Shown one piece after another: positions 9,808-21,807 of a DNA stretch of 64,000 bases. The DNA is from an uncultured bacterium (GTDB taxonomy: Bacteria > Verrucomicrobiota > Kiritimatiellia > PWTM01). The translations under genes and the position numbers were made by a program. The notes under the pieces are model-generated. The model ran no database searches. It saw only the letters and a program-made list of their open reading frames with translations, and had not been told where the DNA came from. The DNA is taken from positions 9,272 to 73,271 of the forward strand of contig CALLML010000003.1 in NCBI GenBank assembly GCA_938005705.1, in the 5' to 3' direction. How positions within the stretch are numbered: the first letter of the stretch is position 1; every line of letters begins with the position of its first letter.

Positions 9808-10407
9808 ATGAACAGAGCACAGGTGCCTTTCGAATCCTGGCTTCGGGAGGCCTTTTCCCTATATCGAAAATATTTTGTGACCCTGCTTTTGAGCCACATG
9901 GCCCTGCTCGGTGTCGCGGTTTTTTCGCTCGGCATCCTCGCCGGCCCCATGGCCGCCGGTGTGGTTCGAATCACGTTAGACCTGCTGGACGATCGGCGCC
10001 CGGTTCCGCAACCCGGCGATATCTTCCAAGGTATGCGATATTTTCTGCCCTCCTTCCTCCTCGCGATCGCGGTAGGCCTGGGCAGCTGGGCAGCCACTCG
10101 CCTCCTCCAGTTCCTCCATCTCGGTCCGCTGGCCCTTTTCGGACCGGTTCTTCCGCTCACGGCAACATGGCTCGCGCTTTTTCTAATCGTCGAGAGTGGA
10201 ATGGAATTCGGACCGGCGATTCAAACGAGTTGGGAGCGCGTGAGGCCGATATTCTGGCCTATCGCAGGCCTCCTCGCCATCGGCTGGGGGATCACCTTGA
10301 TCGGGCTTCTCCTCTTTTACGTGGGCATCTCCGTCACCCTTCCGTTTTACACCTGCTTGACCGCCGTCGCCTGGCGACACCTGGATGAAATGAGACCAGT
10401 CTCATGA
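9808..10407 (+). CDS. Integral membrane protein, function unknown
   Basis: About 5 hydrophobic segments; stop overlaps the trpA start; start set at ATG 9808. Confidence 0.75.
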   Translation: MNRAQVPFESWLREAFSLYRKYFVTLLLSHMALLGVAVFSLGILAGPMAAGVVRITLDLLDDRRPVPQPGDIFQGMRYFLPSFLLAIAVGLGSWAATRLLQFLHLGPLALFGPVLPLTATWLALFLIVESGMEFGPAIQTSWERVRPIFWPIAGLLAIGWGITLIGLLLFYVGISVTLPFYTCLTAVAWRHLDEMRPVS

Positions 10408-11207
10408 GCCGTATTCGCGAGATATTCCAGCAGTTGCGCCGGGCAGACCGCAAAGGATTCATCGTCTATCTCACCGCAGGCGATCCTAGTTTGCCCGCAA
10501 CGGTGGAACGCGTACTGGCGCTGGTGGACGCCGGAGTGGACGTGGTGGAACTAGGCATGCCGTTTTCCGATCCGCTCGCGGATGGACGGGTGAATCAGGC
10601 GGCAGCGGAACGGGCCTTGGCCGCCGGCGTAACGCTTGCGGGCGTGCTTGACGCCGTGCGCGCGATCCGTCGTCAGTCCCCGGTTCCCCTTGTCCTTTAC
10701 AGTTATCTCAATCCGCTTCTCGCCCGTGGCCTTGAGAACACGCTGATGCGTGTTGCCGAAGCAGGTTTCGACGGCGTGCTCCCGCTCGACCTGCCCCCTG
10801 AGGAGGCGGAAGTTTTTCAACCGGCCTTTCAGAAGAGCGGATTGGACCATATCTGCCTGGTCGCCCCCACCAGTGACGACCAACGCGTGGAAAGGATCGT
10901 CCGGTATGCGAGCGGGTTTGTCTATTGTATTTCACGCGCCGGCGTCACCGGCGCGCAAGAGCAAATAGCGGACGACGCCGCCGCAGTGACGGCGCGCACA
11001 CGCCGCCATACAGCTCTGCCGCTTGCCATCGGATTCGGCATCTCCACCCCCGATCAGGCTCACATGGCCGCCACCCTCGCCGATGCGGTCGTCGTGGGCA
11101 GCGCATTGGTTCAGCGATGGCACGAGGCCGATACGAAGAAGGATGGAACAGCCGAACAGGTGCGATCCTGGGTGAAAGAGATGGCGGAGGCAGTGCATGG
11201 GCGATGA
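10404..11207 (+). CDS. trpA: Tryptophan synthase alpha chain
   Basis: YLTAGDP, ELGMPFSDPLADG, DLPPEE, LVAPTS, SRAGVTG, IGFGIS, VVVGSA. Confidence 0.97.
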   Translation: MSRIREIFQQLRRADRKGFIVYLTAGDPSLPATVERVLALVDAGVDVVELGMPFSDPLADGRVNQAAAERALAAGVTLAGVLDAVRAIRRQSPVPLVLYSYLNPLLARGLENTLMRVAEAGFDGVLPLDLPPEEAEVFQPAFQKSGLDHICLVAPTSDDQRVERIVRYASGFVYCISRAGVTGAQEQIADDAAAVTARTRRHTALPLAIGFGISTPDQAHMAATLADAVVVGSALVQRWHEADTKKDGTAEQVRSWVKEMAEAVHGR

Positions 11208-12282
11208 TTCTTTCTGGGTCTTTATCCTCGCCGGCGGACGAGGCGAACGATTCTGGCCGTTGAGCACGCGGCGCCGCCCCAAGCAGTTTCTATCGCTGGT
11301 CGGCGATCGCCCACTTCTCGCGAAGACGCTCCAGCGTCTGGCGCCGGTCGTCCCGCCCGCGCGCACGTGGGTGATAACCAATGCCGAGCACGTGGACGCA
11401 TCCCGTGCTCTGCTGCCCGATCTGCCTCCCAATCAGATTGTCGGCGAACCGATCGGACGCGACACGGCTGCTGCCGTGGCGCTGGCGTTGGGATTAGTTC
11501 TCTCGCGTGATCCGAATGGCATTTTTGCAATTCTGCCGGCGGATCATGTCATCGATGAGGGCCAGGCTTTTCCTGAAACATTGCGCCGAGCCTTGGATCT
11601 GGCCCGACGCCGAGAGGCGTTGATTGTCGTTGGAATTCGCCCGACGGCCCCCCTACCCTCTTTTGGCTATATTGAGGCGGGCGCACCACTGGAACCCGCC
11701 CACAGCGCAGTTTGGAGCGTCAAACGATTTGTGGAAAAACCGGATGTCGAAACCGCGCGTCGCTATCTAAGTGCCGGAAATTATTATTGGAATGCCGGCA
11801 TTTTCGTGTGGTCAGCGCCGGTCCTGCTCGCCGAGCTGCAGCGCCATGCACCCCGCCATGCCGAGCTGGCCGAACGCGTCGCGGCGGCCGCCCATGGGTC
11901 CCATTTCGAGGATACGGTGCGGACGGCGTATGAGGCTATCGAAAAAATCTCGATTGACTACGCCCTGATGGAGAAAGCGGATCATATTCTGATGATCCCA
12001 GGAGATTTCCAATGGGACGATGTCGGCACCTGGACGGCCTTGCGGAACCATTTTTCCCCCGACTCGGACGAAAACGTCTTCGTAGGCGACGCCGTAGCGC
12101 TCGACGCCACGGGAAACACCGTCTATTCGCCCGGCCGATTGACCGCCCTGCTAGGCGTGAAGGACCTAATCATCGTGCAGGCGGAAGGCGTCACGCTAAT
12201 CTGCCGGCGCGATCAGGCCGACGCGATCAAGAAATTGGTCCAGCACTTGCATGGGCTAGGGCGCTATGAGGAGCTTCTATGA
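11197..12282 (+). CDS. manC: Mannose-1-phosphate guanylyltransferase
   Basis: ILAGGRGERFWPLS..RPKQFL, EPIGRDTA, PADH, FVEKPD, WNAGIF, ISIDYALMEKA, WDDVGTW. Confidence 0.93.
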   Translation: MGDDSFWVFILAGGRGERFWPLSTRRRPKQFLSLVGDRPLLAKTLQRLAPVVPPARTWVITNAEHVDASRALLPDLPPNQIVGEPIGRDTAAAVALALGLVLSRDPNGIFAILPADHVIDEGQAFPETLRRALDLARRREALIVVGIRPTAPLPSFGYIEAGAPLEPAHSAVWSVKRFVEKPDVETARRYLSAGNYYWNAGIFVWSAPVLLAELQRHAPRHAELAERVAAAAHGSHFEDTVRTAYEAIEKISIDYALMEKADHILMIPGDFQWDDVGTWTALRNHFSPDSDENVFVGDAVALDATGNTVYSPGRLTALLGVKDLIIVQAEGVTLICRRDQADAIKKLVQHLHGLGRYEELL

Positions 12283-12734
12283 ATCCTCCGACCCAAATGC
12301 CGTCGCGACTGCTCGGAGTGGACCTCGGTCAGCGGCGCGTGGGCGTGGCGGTCAGCGATCCCACAGGTACCGTGGCGACACCGCTCGCCACGATCGAATA
12401 TCGAGGTCCTCATCATTTGGCGATTGAGCTGCGTCGTTTCGTCCGCGAGACCGGTGCACAGGGACTGGTGATCGGCGTGCCTGTGAGATCCGACGGGGTG
12501 GAAGGGCCGGAGGCCGCGGAGGCGCGCACGGCCGCCGAACGCATCGGCAAGGCATTGGGATTGCCTGTAGCGCTATGGGATGAGCGCATGACGACCCGCA
12601 TTGCGGAACGGACATTGATCGAAAGCGGCGTACGTCGCCGACAGAGGCGCCAGGTGGTGGACTGTCTTGCTGCACAGATTCTGCTCCAAAGTTTTCTCGA
12701 CGCGCGGGCGCTGGCGAAGGAGCGAGCGGGATAG
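12279..12734 (+). CDS. ruvX: YqgF/RuvX family nuclease (pre-16S rRNA processing)
   Basis: LGVDLGQRRVGVAVSD, WDERMTT, D..AAQILLQSFLD. Confidence 0.93.
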   Translation: MNPPTQMPSRLLGVDLGQRRVGVAVSDPTGTVATPLATIEYRGPHHLAIELRRFVRETGAQGLVIGVPVRSDGVEGPEAAEARTAAERIGKALGLPVALWDERMTTRIAERTLIESGVRRRQRRQVVDCLAAQILLQSFLDARALAKERAG

Positions 12735-12787
12735 AATATTGATTTTCGTTATTTAAAAAATAGTGGGCCGACGGCCCCGCGATTTTC

Positions 12788-13966
12788 ATGAAGACGCTTA
12801 AACACGCCACGGTCTTTTTGCTGGTGATCGGCCGTATTCTCTTGGCCACCGCCGCCGACGTGATTGTGGGGGATGACGCGAGTCTGCGGAACGCCATCGT
12901 CGCTGCCGCTCCAGGGACTCAGATCAGAATTTTGCCGGGTTTATATAAGGGCGGCATGCATTTTCGAGAGATTCACGGGTCCGCGAATCAGCCCATTGTC
13001 ATTCGTGCGGATGACCCGAGAAACCCCCCGCGGATCATGGGCGGCGGCAATGCCTTCCATTTTGTCAATGCGACTTATCTTGAATTGCGCGACCTTGTTT
13101 TGGGCGGCACTTCCGACAACGGATTGAACATCGACGACGGCGGCGATTTCAACACGCCTGCGCACCACGTGGTATTGCGCAATCTGACGATCCAGGACGT
13201 GGGACCGACGGGCAATTGCGATGGCATCAAACTCTCCGGCGTGACCGACTTCCGAATTGAAAATTGCCGTATTGAACGCTGGGGAGATGCGGGCCAGGGG
13301 ATCGACCTGGTGGGATGTCACCGCGGCATCATTGAAGGCAATACCCTTCGACATGGGCGGCCGCATGTGGGCGGCGTTGGCGTTCAAGCCAAAGGCGGTT
13401 CCTCCGAAATCATCATTCGGCGCAACCGGTTCGAACATGCAGGTGCGCGGGGTGTGAATATCGGGGGCAGTACGGGGCTCCCCTTTTTCCGTCCGGAATT
13501 CCGGGGCTATGAGGCGCATCGGATCACCGTGGAGGGCAATTGCTTCATCGGATCGGTCGCGCCGGTGGCTTTTGTGGGAGCTGACGACGCCCGAGTGCGT
13601 TATAACACCATCTACCATCCCGAGAAATGGGCGCTCAGAATCTTGCAGGAGAATCGGATGGACGGTTTTGTGCCGTGCCGAAACGGCGTGTTCGAATGCA
13701 ATATCGTCATTTTCCGTTCTGACCGGTGGTCCGAGGGCGGAGTGAATATTGGACCACACACCGCGCCGGAGACATTCCGCTTCTCTCACAATATGTGGTT
13801 TTGCGAGGATCAACCGGATCGAAGCCGCCCGCGCTTGCCTGCAGATGTAACGGAGGAGGTCTATGGCCAGGACCCTAAATTCCGCGATCCGTCCCGTGGC
13901 GATTTCACACCTCTCGACGGTAGCCCCGCAGAAGGATACGGCGCAACAGCATTGCCCGCGCCATAG
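12788..13966 (+). CDS. Secreted right-handed parallel beta-helix repeat protein (pectin lyase-like fold)
   Basis: Signal peptide; LRNAIVAAAPGTQIRILPGLY cap; repeated I.N..I / GI / NTI rungs; C-terminal DPKF.D...GDF....SPA motif. Confidence 0.8.
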   Translation: MKTLKHATVFLLVIGRILLATAADVIVGDDASLRNAIVAAAPGTQIRILPGLYKGGMHFREIHGSANQPIVIRADDPRNPPRIMGGGNAFHFVNATYLELRDLVLGGTSDNGLNIDDGGDFNTPAHHVVLRNLTIQDVGPTGNCDGIKLSGVTDFRIENCRIERWGDAGQGIDLVGCHRGIIEGNTLRHGRPHVGGVGVQAKGGSSEIIIRRNRFEHAGARGVNIGGSTGLPFFRPEFRGYEAHRITVEGNCFIGSVAPVAFVGADDARVRYNTIYHPEKWALRILQENRMDGFVPCRNGVFECNIVIFRSDRWSEGGVNIGPHTAPETFRFSHNMWFCEDQPDRSRPRLPADVTEEVYGQDPKFRDPSRGDFTPLDGSPAEGYGATALPAP

Positions 13967-14046
13967 ACAGCGCTTTGTTACGCGCTGCCCACAGACGGAC
14001 CGTGGGACCGCCTTCGCCCTTGCCAATTCCATATCGTCCCGTTTAA

Positions 14047-15563
<1,517 letters not shown>

Positions 15564-15601
15564 TGCGTCCGGGCCGGGATCATTTACGGGGAGATGGCGA
15601 A

Positions 15602-18190
15602 ATGGATAAGAATGCAGTCTGGAAATGGTTGATTCTCGTTTTTCTGCTGGCGGTTTCGATGGCGGTGATCTATCCGCCGACCGACCGTTTTAATGCCGAC
15701 GGCAAACTGGTGCGCGCCGGCAAACTCCGTCTGGGTCTGGACCTCCAGGGCGGGACGAGCTTCATCGTCGAAGTGGACGAGGACATCCTTCGCGAGCAAA
15801 TCCGGGAGAGTGGTGAAGAGATCGCGGCCGATGCCCTGGAAAACCGCGTGCGCGCTCAAGCGAAACAATCGCGCGACGCCAGCCTCGAAGCCATTCGCAA
15901 CCGTGTGGACGGCCTGGGTATCGCCGAACCAGCGATTTATCCCCAGGGCGACACGCGTATCGTGATCCAAATGCCGGGCATTGATGCCGCCAAACGCGAT
16001 GCCGCCCGCAAGAGCATCCAGAGTGCGGCTTTTCTGGAATTCCGGCTGGTCCACCGCAACAGCGAAAAATGGGTGAATCAGCTTTTTTCCGAAGGCGCAG
16101 CCCCATCGGGTTTCCGCATTCCGGACGGTGGCGGGAAATGGTATGTGCTGGACACGTCCGTGGCGCGGCGAGAGGGTCTGGATCGCGCATTTTGGGAAGC
16201 GGTGCGTCGCTTCCGTCCCCGTGAAGGCGCTGAATTCATGCTGCAACGCGACCGCACGGAGGACGGGCGAGTTATTTATCGCCCTTATTACATCGAGACA
16301 CAGCTCCAACTTACGGGCAAGGCCATTCAATCGGCCATGATGGATTACGATCACCTCAATCGCCCCAAAATCTCGCTCGAATTCACCCGTGACGGCCGCC
16401 GTGCCTTCGGGCAGGTCATTCGCGATTACCGACCCAACGGCGAGAAGAACCGCGGCAATCCTGTCGGCCGCCAGCTGGCTATCATTCTGGACGGCACGCT
16501 CTATTCCGCGCCCGTGATCGCTTTCGAACGGGAAGAACCGGTCCGACGTGCCGAAATCACCGGATCGTTCACCCGCGCCGAGGCGCAGCAGTTGGTCAAT
16601 GTCCTCCGTTCCGGCGCCCTGCCGGCCGCGATGCGCATCGTGGAAGAGCGGACGGTGGACCCCACACTCGGACGCGATTCGATCCGTTCCGGTATCCGTG
16701 CGGCAGTGATCGGCGGCATAGCTGTCCTTGTATTTATGCTGGCCTACTATCAGTTCGCCGGCATGGTGGCCAACCTCGCCCTCCTGCTGAATCTCCTGCT
16801 GCTGCCGCTCGGTGCGCTCGTCGTGTCGGGCTTTATGGGTGTCTTCACCCGCTCGCTCGTCGGATCACAAGTCACACTGCCGACGTTAACGCTGCCCGGC
16901 GTCGCCGGTATTATCCTGATGCTCGGCATGGCCGTGGACGCCAACGTGCTGATCTACGAACGCATTCGTGAAGAACTGAAGGCCGGCAAACATTTTTTGC
17001 CCGCCCTCGATGCCGGTTATGAGAAGGCCTTCACCACTATCCTCGACGCCAATCTCACGACCCTGATCGCCGCTATCATTATGTTCTGGCAAGGATCCGG
17101 TCCGGTCCGAGGCTACGCGGTCACACTCAGCGCTGGCATTCTGGTCAGCATGTACACGGCCGTATGGGTAACCAAAATGTTGTTCCACGTCCTCGCGGAT
17201 CGCTTTCACCTCGGACAACTTCGCATGCGTGAATGGGTGAAAACGCCCCATGTGGATTTTCTGCGCTGGCGACGGTCCGCCTTCGCCTTGTCGGGCGCCT
17301 TACTGCTGGTTTCCCTCGCCGTGTTTTATTTCCGCGGCGAGCGCAATTTCGGCGTGGATTTTCGAGGCGGCTCTTCCATTGTGATTGCGTACGATTTCAA
17401 AGGGGAGACGGACCGCATTTCGGTTGGCGATATCCGATCGGCGTTGACAGAGGCCGGCATCCGCGATGCGCAAATCCAGTACCAGGACATGGGCGAAACG
17501 GAAAATCGCGCAGCCCGTCAAGTGCTCGTGATTAACACCGATTTCGCCTCCGCAGACCGGGTTGTCGAAACACTGACCGCTCGTCTTGCGGAACGATCTC
17601 CTCGCATCGTGCAACGAGAGAACGTTGGCCCCCAAATCGGCCGTGAATTGAAGCGAAAAGGAATGGTAGCACTGATCTGGGCGATGATCGCCATGGTCAT
17701 CTATATTGCGTGGCGATTCGAATTCGGCTACTCGGTCGGCGCGATTGTCGCCTTGCTCCACGATGCACTTATTTCCGTCGGCCTCTTCTGTTTGCTAGGA
17801 CGACAGTTATCCATGCCGAGTATCGCCGTCGTGCTGACAATTATCGGCTATTCGGTGAACGACACCATCGTCATCTTCGACCGCATTCGCGAGTCGCGGC
17901 GCCTCTATCGCGACCGGCCGCTGACGGATTTGGCCAATCTCAGCATCAATGCGACGCTCAGCCGCACATTGTTGACGTCATTGACCACCCTTCTGAGCGT
18001 GTTGGCGCTCCTGCTGTTCGGCGGTGGCGCCATCCGCGATTTTGCGTTGCTGCTCATGTTCGGCATCATAGTCGGCACCTATTCGACCATTTTCATCGCC
18101 ACGCCCATCGCTCTTGCATGGCATCGTGAATCGCCGGCAAAAGTGGCGATGCCTCCTCGTGAGGGGCGGAACGAAAAACGTCGTTCTTGA
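15602..18190 (+). CDS. secDF: Fused protein translocase SecDF
   Basis: LGLDLQGG, VDPTLG, GMAVDANVLIYERIREE, GVDFRGG, GYSVNDTIVIFDRIRE; start set at ATG 15602. Confidence 0.96.
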   Translation: MDKNAVWKWLILVFLLAVSMAVIYPPTDRFNADGKLVRAGKLRLGLDLQGGTSFIVEVDEDILREQIRESGEEIAADALENRVRAQAKQSRDASLEAIRNRVDGLGIAEPAIYPQGDTRIVIQMPGIDAAKRDAARKSIQSAAFLEFRLVHRNSEKWVNQLFSEGAAPSGFRIPDGGGKWYVLDTSVARREGLDRAFWEAVRRFRPREGAEFMLQRDRTEDGRVIYRPYYIETQLQLTGKAIQSAMMDYDHLNRPKISLEFTRDGRRAFGQVIRDYRPNGEKNRGNPVGRQLAIILDGTLYSAPVIAFEREEPVRRAEITGSFTRAEAQQLVNVLRSGALPAAMRIVEERTVDPTLGRDSIRSGIRAAVIGGIAVLVFMLAYYQFAGMVANLALLLNLLLLPLGALVVSGFMGVFTRSLVGSQVTLPTLTLPGVAGIILMLGMAVDANVLIYERIREELKAGKHFLPALDAGYEKAFTTILDANLTTLIAAIIMFWQGSGPVRGYAVTLSAGILVSMYTAVWVTKMLFHVLADRFHLGQLRMREWVKTPHVDFLRWRRSAFALSGALLLVSLAVFYFRGERNFGVDFRGGSSIVIAYDFKGETDRISVGDIRSALTEAGIRDAQIQYQDMGETENRAARQVLVINTDFASADRVVETLTARLAERSPRIVQRENVGPQIGRELKRKGMVALIWAMIAMVIYIAWRFEFGYSVGAIVALLHDALISVGLFCLLGRQLSMPSIAVVLTIIGYSVNDTIVIFDRIRESRRLYRDRPLTDLANLSINATLSRTLLTSLTTLLSVLALLLFGGGAIRDFALLLMFGIIVGTYSTIFIATPIALAWHRESPAKVAMPPREGRNEKRRS

Positions 18191-18206
18191 ATTCCGTAAA
18201 ACGACG

Positions 18207-19940
18207 ATGAAACGTTGGATACCGCCTGCGTTCACGCCGTCGGATGCGGAGGCGGAACGGGACGCCGCACGGTGGCGCGTGCCTCGCGCCCTAGCGCGCT
18301 TATTGCGCGCCCGTGGATTTGACGATGCGGAGGAGGTGGATCGTTTTCTGCGACCCCGGTTGAGCGCTCTGGACGATCCGTTGCGCCTGCCGGATATGCC
18401 CCGAGCCGTCGAACGCATCGAACGCGCCATTGAAGTGAAAGAAAAGATAGTCGTTTTCGGAGATTATGACGTTGACGGCATCAGCGCAGCGGCAATCCTA
18501 ACACGATGTCTGACCGCCTTGGGCGGCTATGTCCGAACGTTCCTCCCCCATCGCGTGGATGATGGCTACGGACTTCGCACTGATACTGTGCGCCGGTGCA
18601 TCTCCGAACAGCGCCCCCAACTGATCGTCACCGTGGATTGCGGTGTCAATGCGGCTGAGGCCGTTGCCCTGGCCCGCGCCCAAGGTGTGGATGTGGTGGT
18701 CACGGATCATCATGTGCCCTCGCTGTCTCAGCGGCCCCACGCTTGTGTGGTCAACCCCAAACTCGCATCCACGCCAGAGCCGTGGGCGAATCTCGCCGGC
18801 GTCGGCGTAGCCTTCAAATTGTGCCATGCGCTGCTCAAATCGGCGCGCAACCGGGGAAAGGAGTCGGCACACCGCGTGGATTTGCGGCAATGGCTCGACA
18901 TCGTCGCGATCGGTACAATTGCGGACGCCGTGCCGCTGACGGGCGAAAACCGTATTCTGGCACGCCACGGTCTCGATCGGCTGAACCGCGCGCCGTCACC
19001 CGGTCTGCGGGCGTTGCTGGACATCGCCTCGGTCAGAGGAGAAATCGGTAGCCACCACATTGGTTATATCATCGGTCCCCGACTGAATGCTGCCGGACGT
19101 CTCGACACGGCGGAAAAGGCCTTTCAACTGTTGCTCTCGGATTCGCCGGATACGGCGCGTCCGCTGGCGGAAGCACTGGATGCCGCCAACCGCGAACGGC
19201 AACGGATCGAAGCGGACACCCTGGAGGAAGCAAAGGCGTGGGTGGATGAACATTTCGATCCCGATCGAGATTTCGCAATCGTCGTCGCCGGACGTAACTG
19301 GCATCCCGGCGTCATCGGACTGATCGCCTCCCGGCTGGCACTCCGGCACCAACGGCCGGTGGCGGCCCTTACGATCGCTGACAATGGCGTCGCCCGCGGA
19401 TCCTGCCGAGCTATCGAAGGATTTCACCTTGTCGAAGCGCTCCAAACCTGTGCGGACATGCTAGACCATTTCGGCGGACATGCGCAGGCCGCCGGCCTGG
19501 CGTTGCGCGCGGACCGTATCGGGGCTTTTCGGGATCGTTTTCTTGCATATGCGCGCGACCGCCTCACCGGAACCGATTTGCGCCCATCTTTGCGTATTGA
19601 CCAATGGATTCCGCTGGCGGATGCCGATGAACCGCTAATGGATGCGTTACAGGATATGCGGCCTTTCGGTCAGGCCAATCCAACGCCCGTGTGGGCGGCA
19701 CGCGGCATCCACGTGTTGCGCCGTACCGCCGTTGGCGCCGATGGGCGGCATTTGCGCATGACGCTGGCCGATGGCGGCACTCAACGCGAAGCCATCGCGT
19801 TTCATTCCGACGCCAACGCCTTGACGGAAGGCCCCCTCGACATCGCCTTTGAACTGCACTACAACGACTTCAACGGGCGTCGTACCCTCCAACTCCATCT
19901 GCTGGACTTTCGCCCTTCAAATACGCATCATTCGTCCTGA
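18207..19940 (+). CDS. recJ: Single-stranded-DNA exonuclease RecJ
   Basis: FGDYDVDG, TVDCG, TDHH, GTIADAVPL.GENR, PRLNAAGRL, GSCR, GGHAQAAG. Confidence 0.97.
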   Translation: MKRWIPPAFTPSDAEAERDAARWRVPRALARLLRARGFDDAEEVDRFLRPRLSALDDPLRLPDMPRAVERIERAIEVKEKIVVFGDYDVDGISAAAILTRCLTALGGYVRTFLPHRVDDGYGLRTDTVRRCISEQRPQLIVTVDCGVNAAEAVALARAQGVDVVVTDHHVPSLSQRPHACVVNPKLASTPEPWANLAGVGVAFKLCHALLKSARNRGKESAHRVDLRQWLDIVAIGTIADAVPLTGENRILARHGLDRLNRAPSPGLRALLDIASVRGEIGSHHIGYIIGPRLNAAGRLDTAEKAFQLLLSDSPDTARPLAEALDAANRERQRIEADTLEEAKAWVDEHFDPDRDFAIVVAGRNWHPGVIGLIASRLALRHQRPVAALTIADNGVARGSCRAIEGFHLVEALQTCADMLDHFGGHAQAAGLALRADRIGAFRDRFLAYARDRLTGTDLRPSLRIDQWIPLADADEPLMDALQDMRPFGQANPTPVWAARGIHVLRRTAVGADGRHLRMTLADGGTQREAIAFHSDANALTEGPLDIAFELHYNDFNGRRTLQLHLLDFRPSNTHHSS

Positions 19941-19988
19941 TCTCGATCAAGCGCCTGCCCCCAAGGTCAGTTCTCGGTATCCCGACCG

Positions 19989-20927
19989 ATGGGAAGCGAA
20001 GTGACCGCAAAAAATGACGAAAGGGAGTTGGCTGAGCCGATGGCTGCCGAAACACGCGTCGCAACGGATGATTACGAATTGCTGGACAGCGGAAACGGAC
20101 GCAAACTGGAACGGTTTGGTCCGATCGTACTGGATCGGCCTTGCACGCAGGCGGTATGGCGGCCTCGCCTCGCGGCCTCGGCCTGGGCAGCGGCGGATGC
20201 CGCCTTCGACCGAGAGTCCGGAAACCGCTGGCACCGACGCGAACGGTTACCGCCTTATTGGGTCATTCGAATCGAGGGGCTGCGCATCAAGTTGTCGGCG
20301 ACCGATTTCGGTCACCTCGGCATATTTCCGGAACAACGTGCATGCTGGCGCTGGATCACGCAGAATCTCGTGAGCGGCGACGCACGTCCCGCGAACTCCT
20401 CTCTGGCCGTGCTGAATCTTTTCGCTTACTCCGGCGTCGCCACATTAGTGGCGGCGCGGACGGGGGCGAGCGTATGCCATCTCGATGCCTCTCGGGGTAT
20501 GGTCACCTGGGCGCGTGAAAATGCGGCACTCAACCATCTGGAACACCATCCGATTCGATGGATTGTCGAGGACTGCCATAAATTCCTTCATCGGGAAATT
20601 CGCCGCGGACATCGCTATGCGGCGATTATTCTCGATCCGCCGACCTTCGGGCGAGGCCAAGGGGGCGAACTTTACAAGATCGAATCGGATCTGCCGGAAA
20701 CGCTTGAATTGTGTCGACAGCTGCTCAACGACACCCCACGTTTTTTGCTGCTCAGCGCCCATACACCGGGTTTTTCGCCGCGGGTGCTGGAGAATCTCTT
20801 AGCTCAGGCTCTCCAGGGCCTCGCAGGAATCGTTGAATCGGGGGAAATGCTTTTAACCGGCAATCCCGACGTGTTGCCTTTACCCAGCGGGGCCTGGGCG
20901 CGATGGTCCGCGATGCCAGAAAAATGA
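19989..20927 (+). CDS. Class I SAM-dependent methyltransferase (RlmI/RlmK-related)
   Basis: [42 protein letters not shown]. Confidence 0.88.
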   Translation: MGSEVTAKNDERELAEPMAAETRVATDDYELLDSGNGRKLERFGPIVLDRPCTQAVWRPRLAASAWAAADAAFDRESGNRWHRRERLPPYWVIRIEGLRIKLSATDFGHLGIFPEQRACWRWITQNLVSGDARPANSSLAVLNLFAYSGVATLVAARTGASVCHLDASRGMVTWARENAALNHLEHHPIRWIVEDCHKFLHREIRRGHRYAAIILDPPTFGRGQGGELYKIESDLPETLELCRQLLNDTPRFLLLSAHTPGFSPRVLENLLAQALQGLAGIVESGEMLLTGNPDVLPLPSGAWARWSAMPEK

Positions 20928-20933
20928 ATGTGA

Positions 20934-21021
20934 TGGCGGAGGGGGAGGGATTCGAACCCCCGGTCCCTTGCGGGACTCCGGTTTTCAAGACCGGCGCAAT
21001 CGACCACTCTGCCACCCCTCC
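20934..21021 (-). tRNA. tRNA-Ser (TGA)
   Basis: Reverse strand GGAGGGGTGGCAGAGTGG..CCGGT-CTTGAAA-ACCGG, long variable arm, GGTTCGAATCC, encoded CCA. Confidence 0.97.
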
Positions 21022-21093
21022 GGAGGTCGCCCAGCATAGTGTGGGCTTATCGGACGGGCAAGCCGCAGCTGGCGCGACGTCGTCAAAAAATCC

Positions 21094-21807
21094 TCAGGCA
21101 CTCGGGTTCTCCCCGGCGATGACGCCATCGGCCAGGCACAGGTGGCGATCGCATCGGTTCGCGACATGAGGATCGTGGGTAACGACCACCAACGTTCGCC
21201 TCCGCTCCCGCACCAGTGCGAACAGCACATCCAGCACACGAGCGCCTGTCTGAGAATCCAAATTTCCCGTCGGTTCATCGGCCAAAATCAGCTCAGGATC
21301 GTTCATCAGGGCGCGCGCAAGCGCGGCGCGCTGCTGCTCGCCGCCGGACAATTCGTCAGGCCTGTGTTTCACACGCCCCGACAGCCCCACCCGTTCGATC
21401 AACTCCGACGCTCGCCGACGCAAGGCCGGGCCGCTTCTCCAGGCCGCCGGGTGACACAGCGCCGGCAACATAATGTTTTCGACCAGATCCAGCTCTGGAA
21501 GCAAATGAAAGGCCTGAAAGACGAAACCGATCCGCGAAGCACGGAGGGCCGCACGTTCTCGCCCGCTCATCCGGTAAAGGTCTCTGCCGCCGAAAAGAAC
21601 CGTCCCCTCGGTCGGGGCGTCGAGCGCTCCCAGCACATTGAGCAAGGTACTCTTCCCCGCGCCGCTGGCGCCGACAATCGCGAGAGCCTCGCCCCGTTTC
21701 ACGGAAAGCGTGACGCCGCGCAGCACAGGGACTTCGACCTTGCCCAGCCGGTAGGATTTCCACACCTCCCCCGCTTCGATCAGCAACTCAGTGAACGTCT
21801 CACTCAT
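21094..21807 (-). CDS. lolD: Lipoprotein-releasing ABC transporter ATPase
   Basis: [36 protein letters not shown]; follows the LolC/E permease. Confidence 0.9.
   Translation of the reverse strand: MSETFTELLIEAGEVWKSYRLGKVEVPVLRGVTLSVKRGEALAIVGASGAGKSTLLNVLGALDAPTEGTVLFGGRDLYRMSGRERAALRASRIGFVFQAFHLLPELDLVENIMLPALCHPAAWRSGPALRRRASELIERVGLSGRVKHRPDELSGGEQQRAALARALMNDPELILADEPTGNLDSQTGARVLDVLFALVRERRRTLVVVTHDPHVANRCDRHLCLADGVIAGENPSA

Noticed and set aside
20752-21169. ORFs overlapping tRNA-Ser (also those over the other three tRNAs)
   Set aside because: Spurious translations of tRNA sequence
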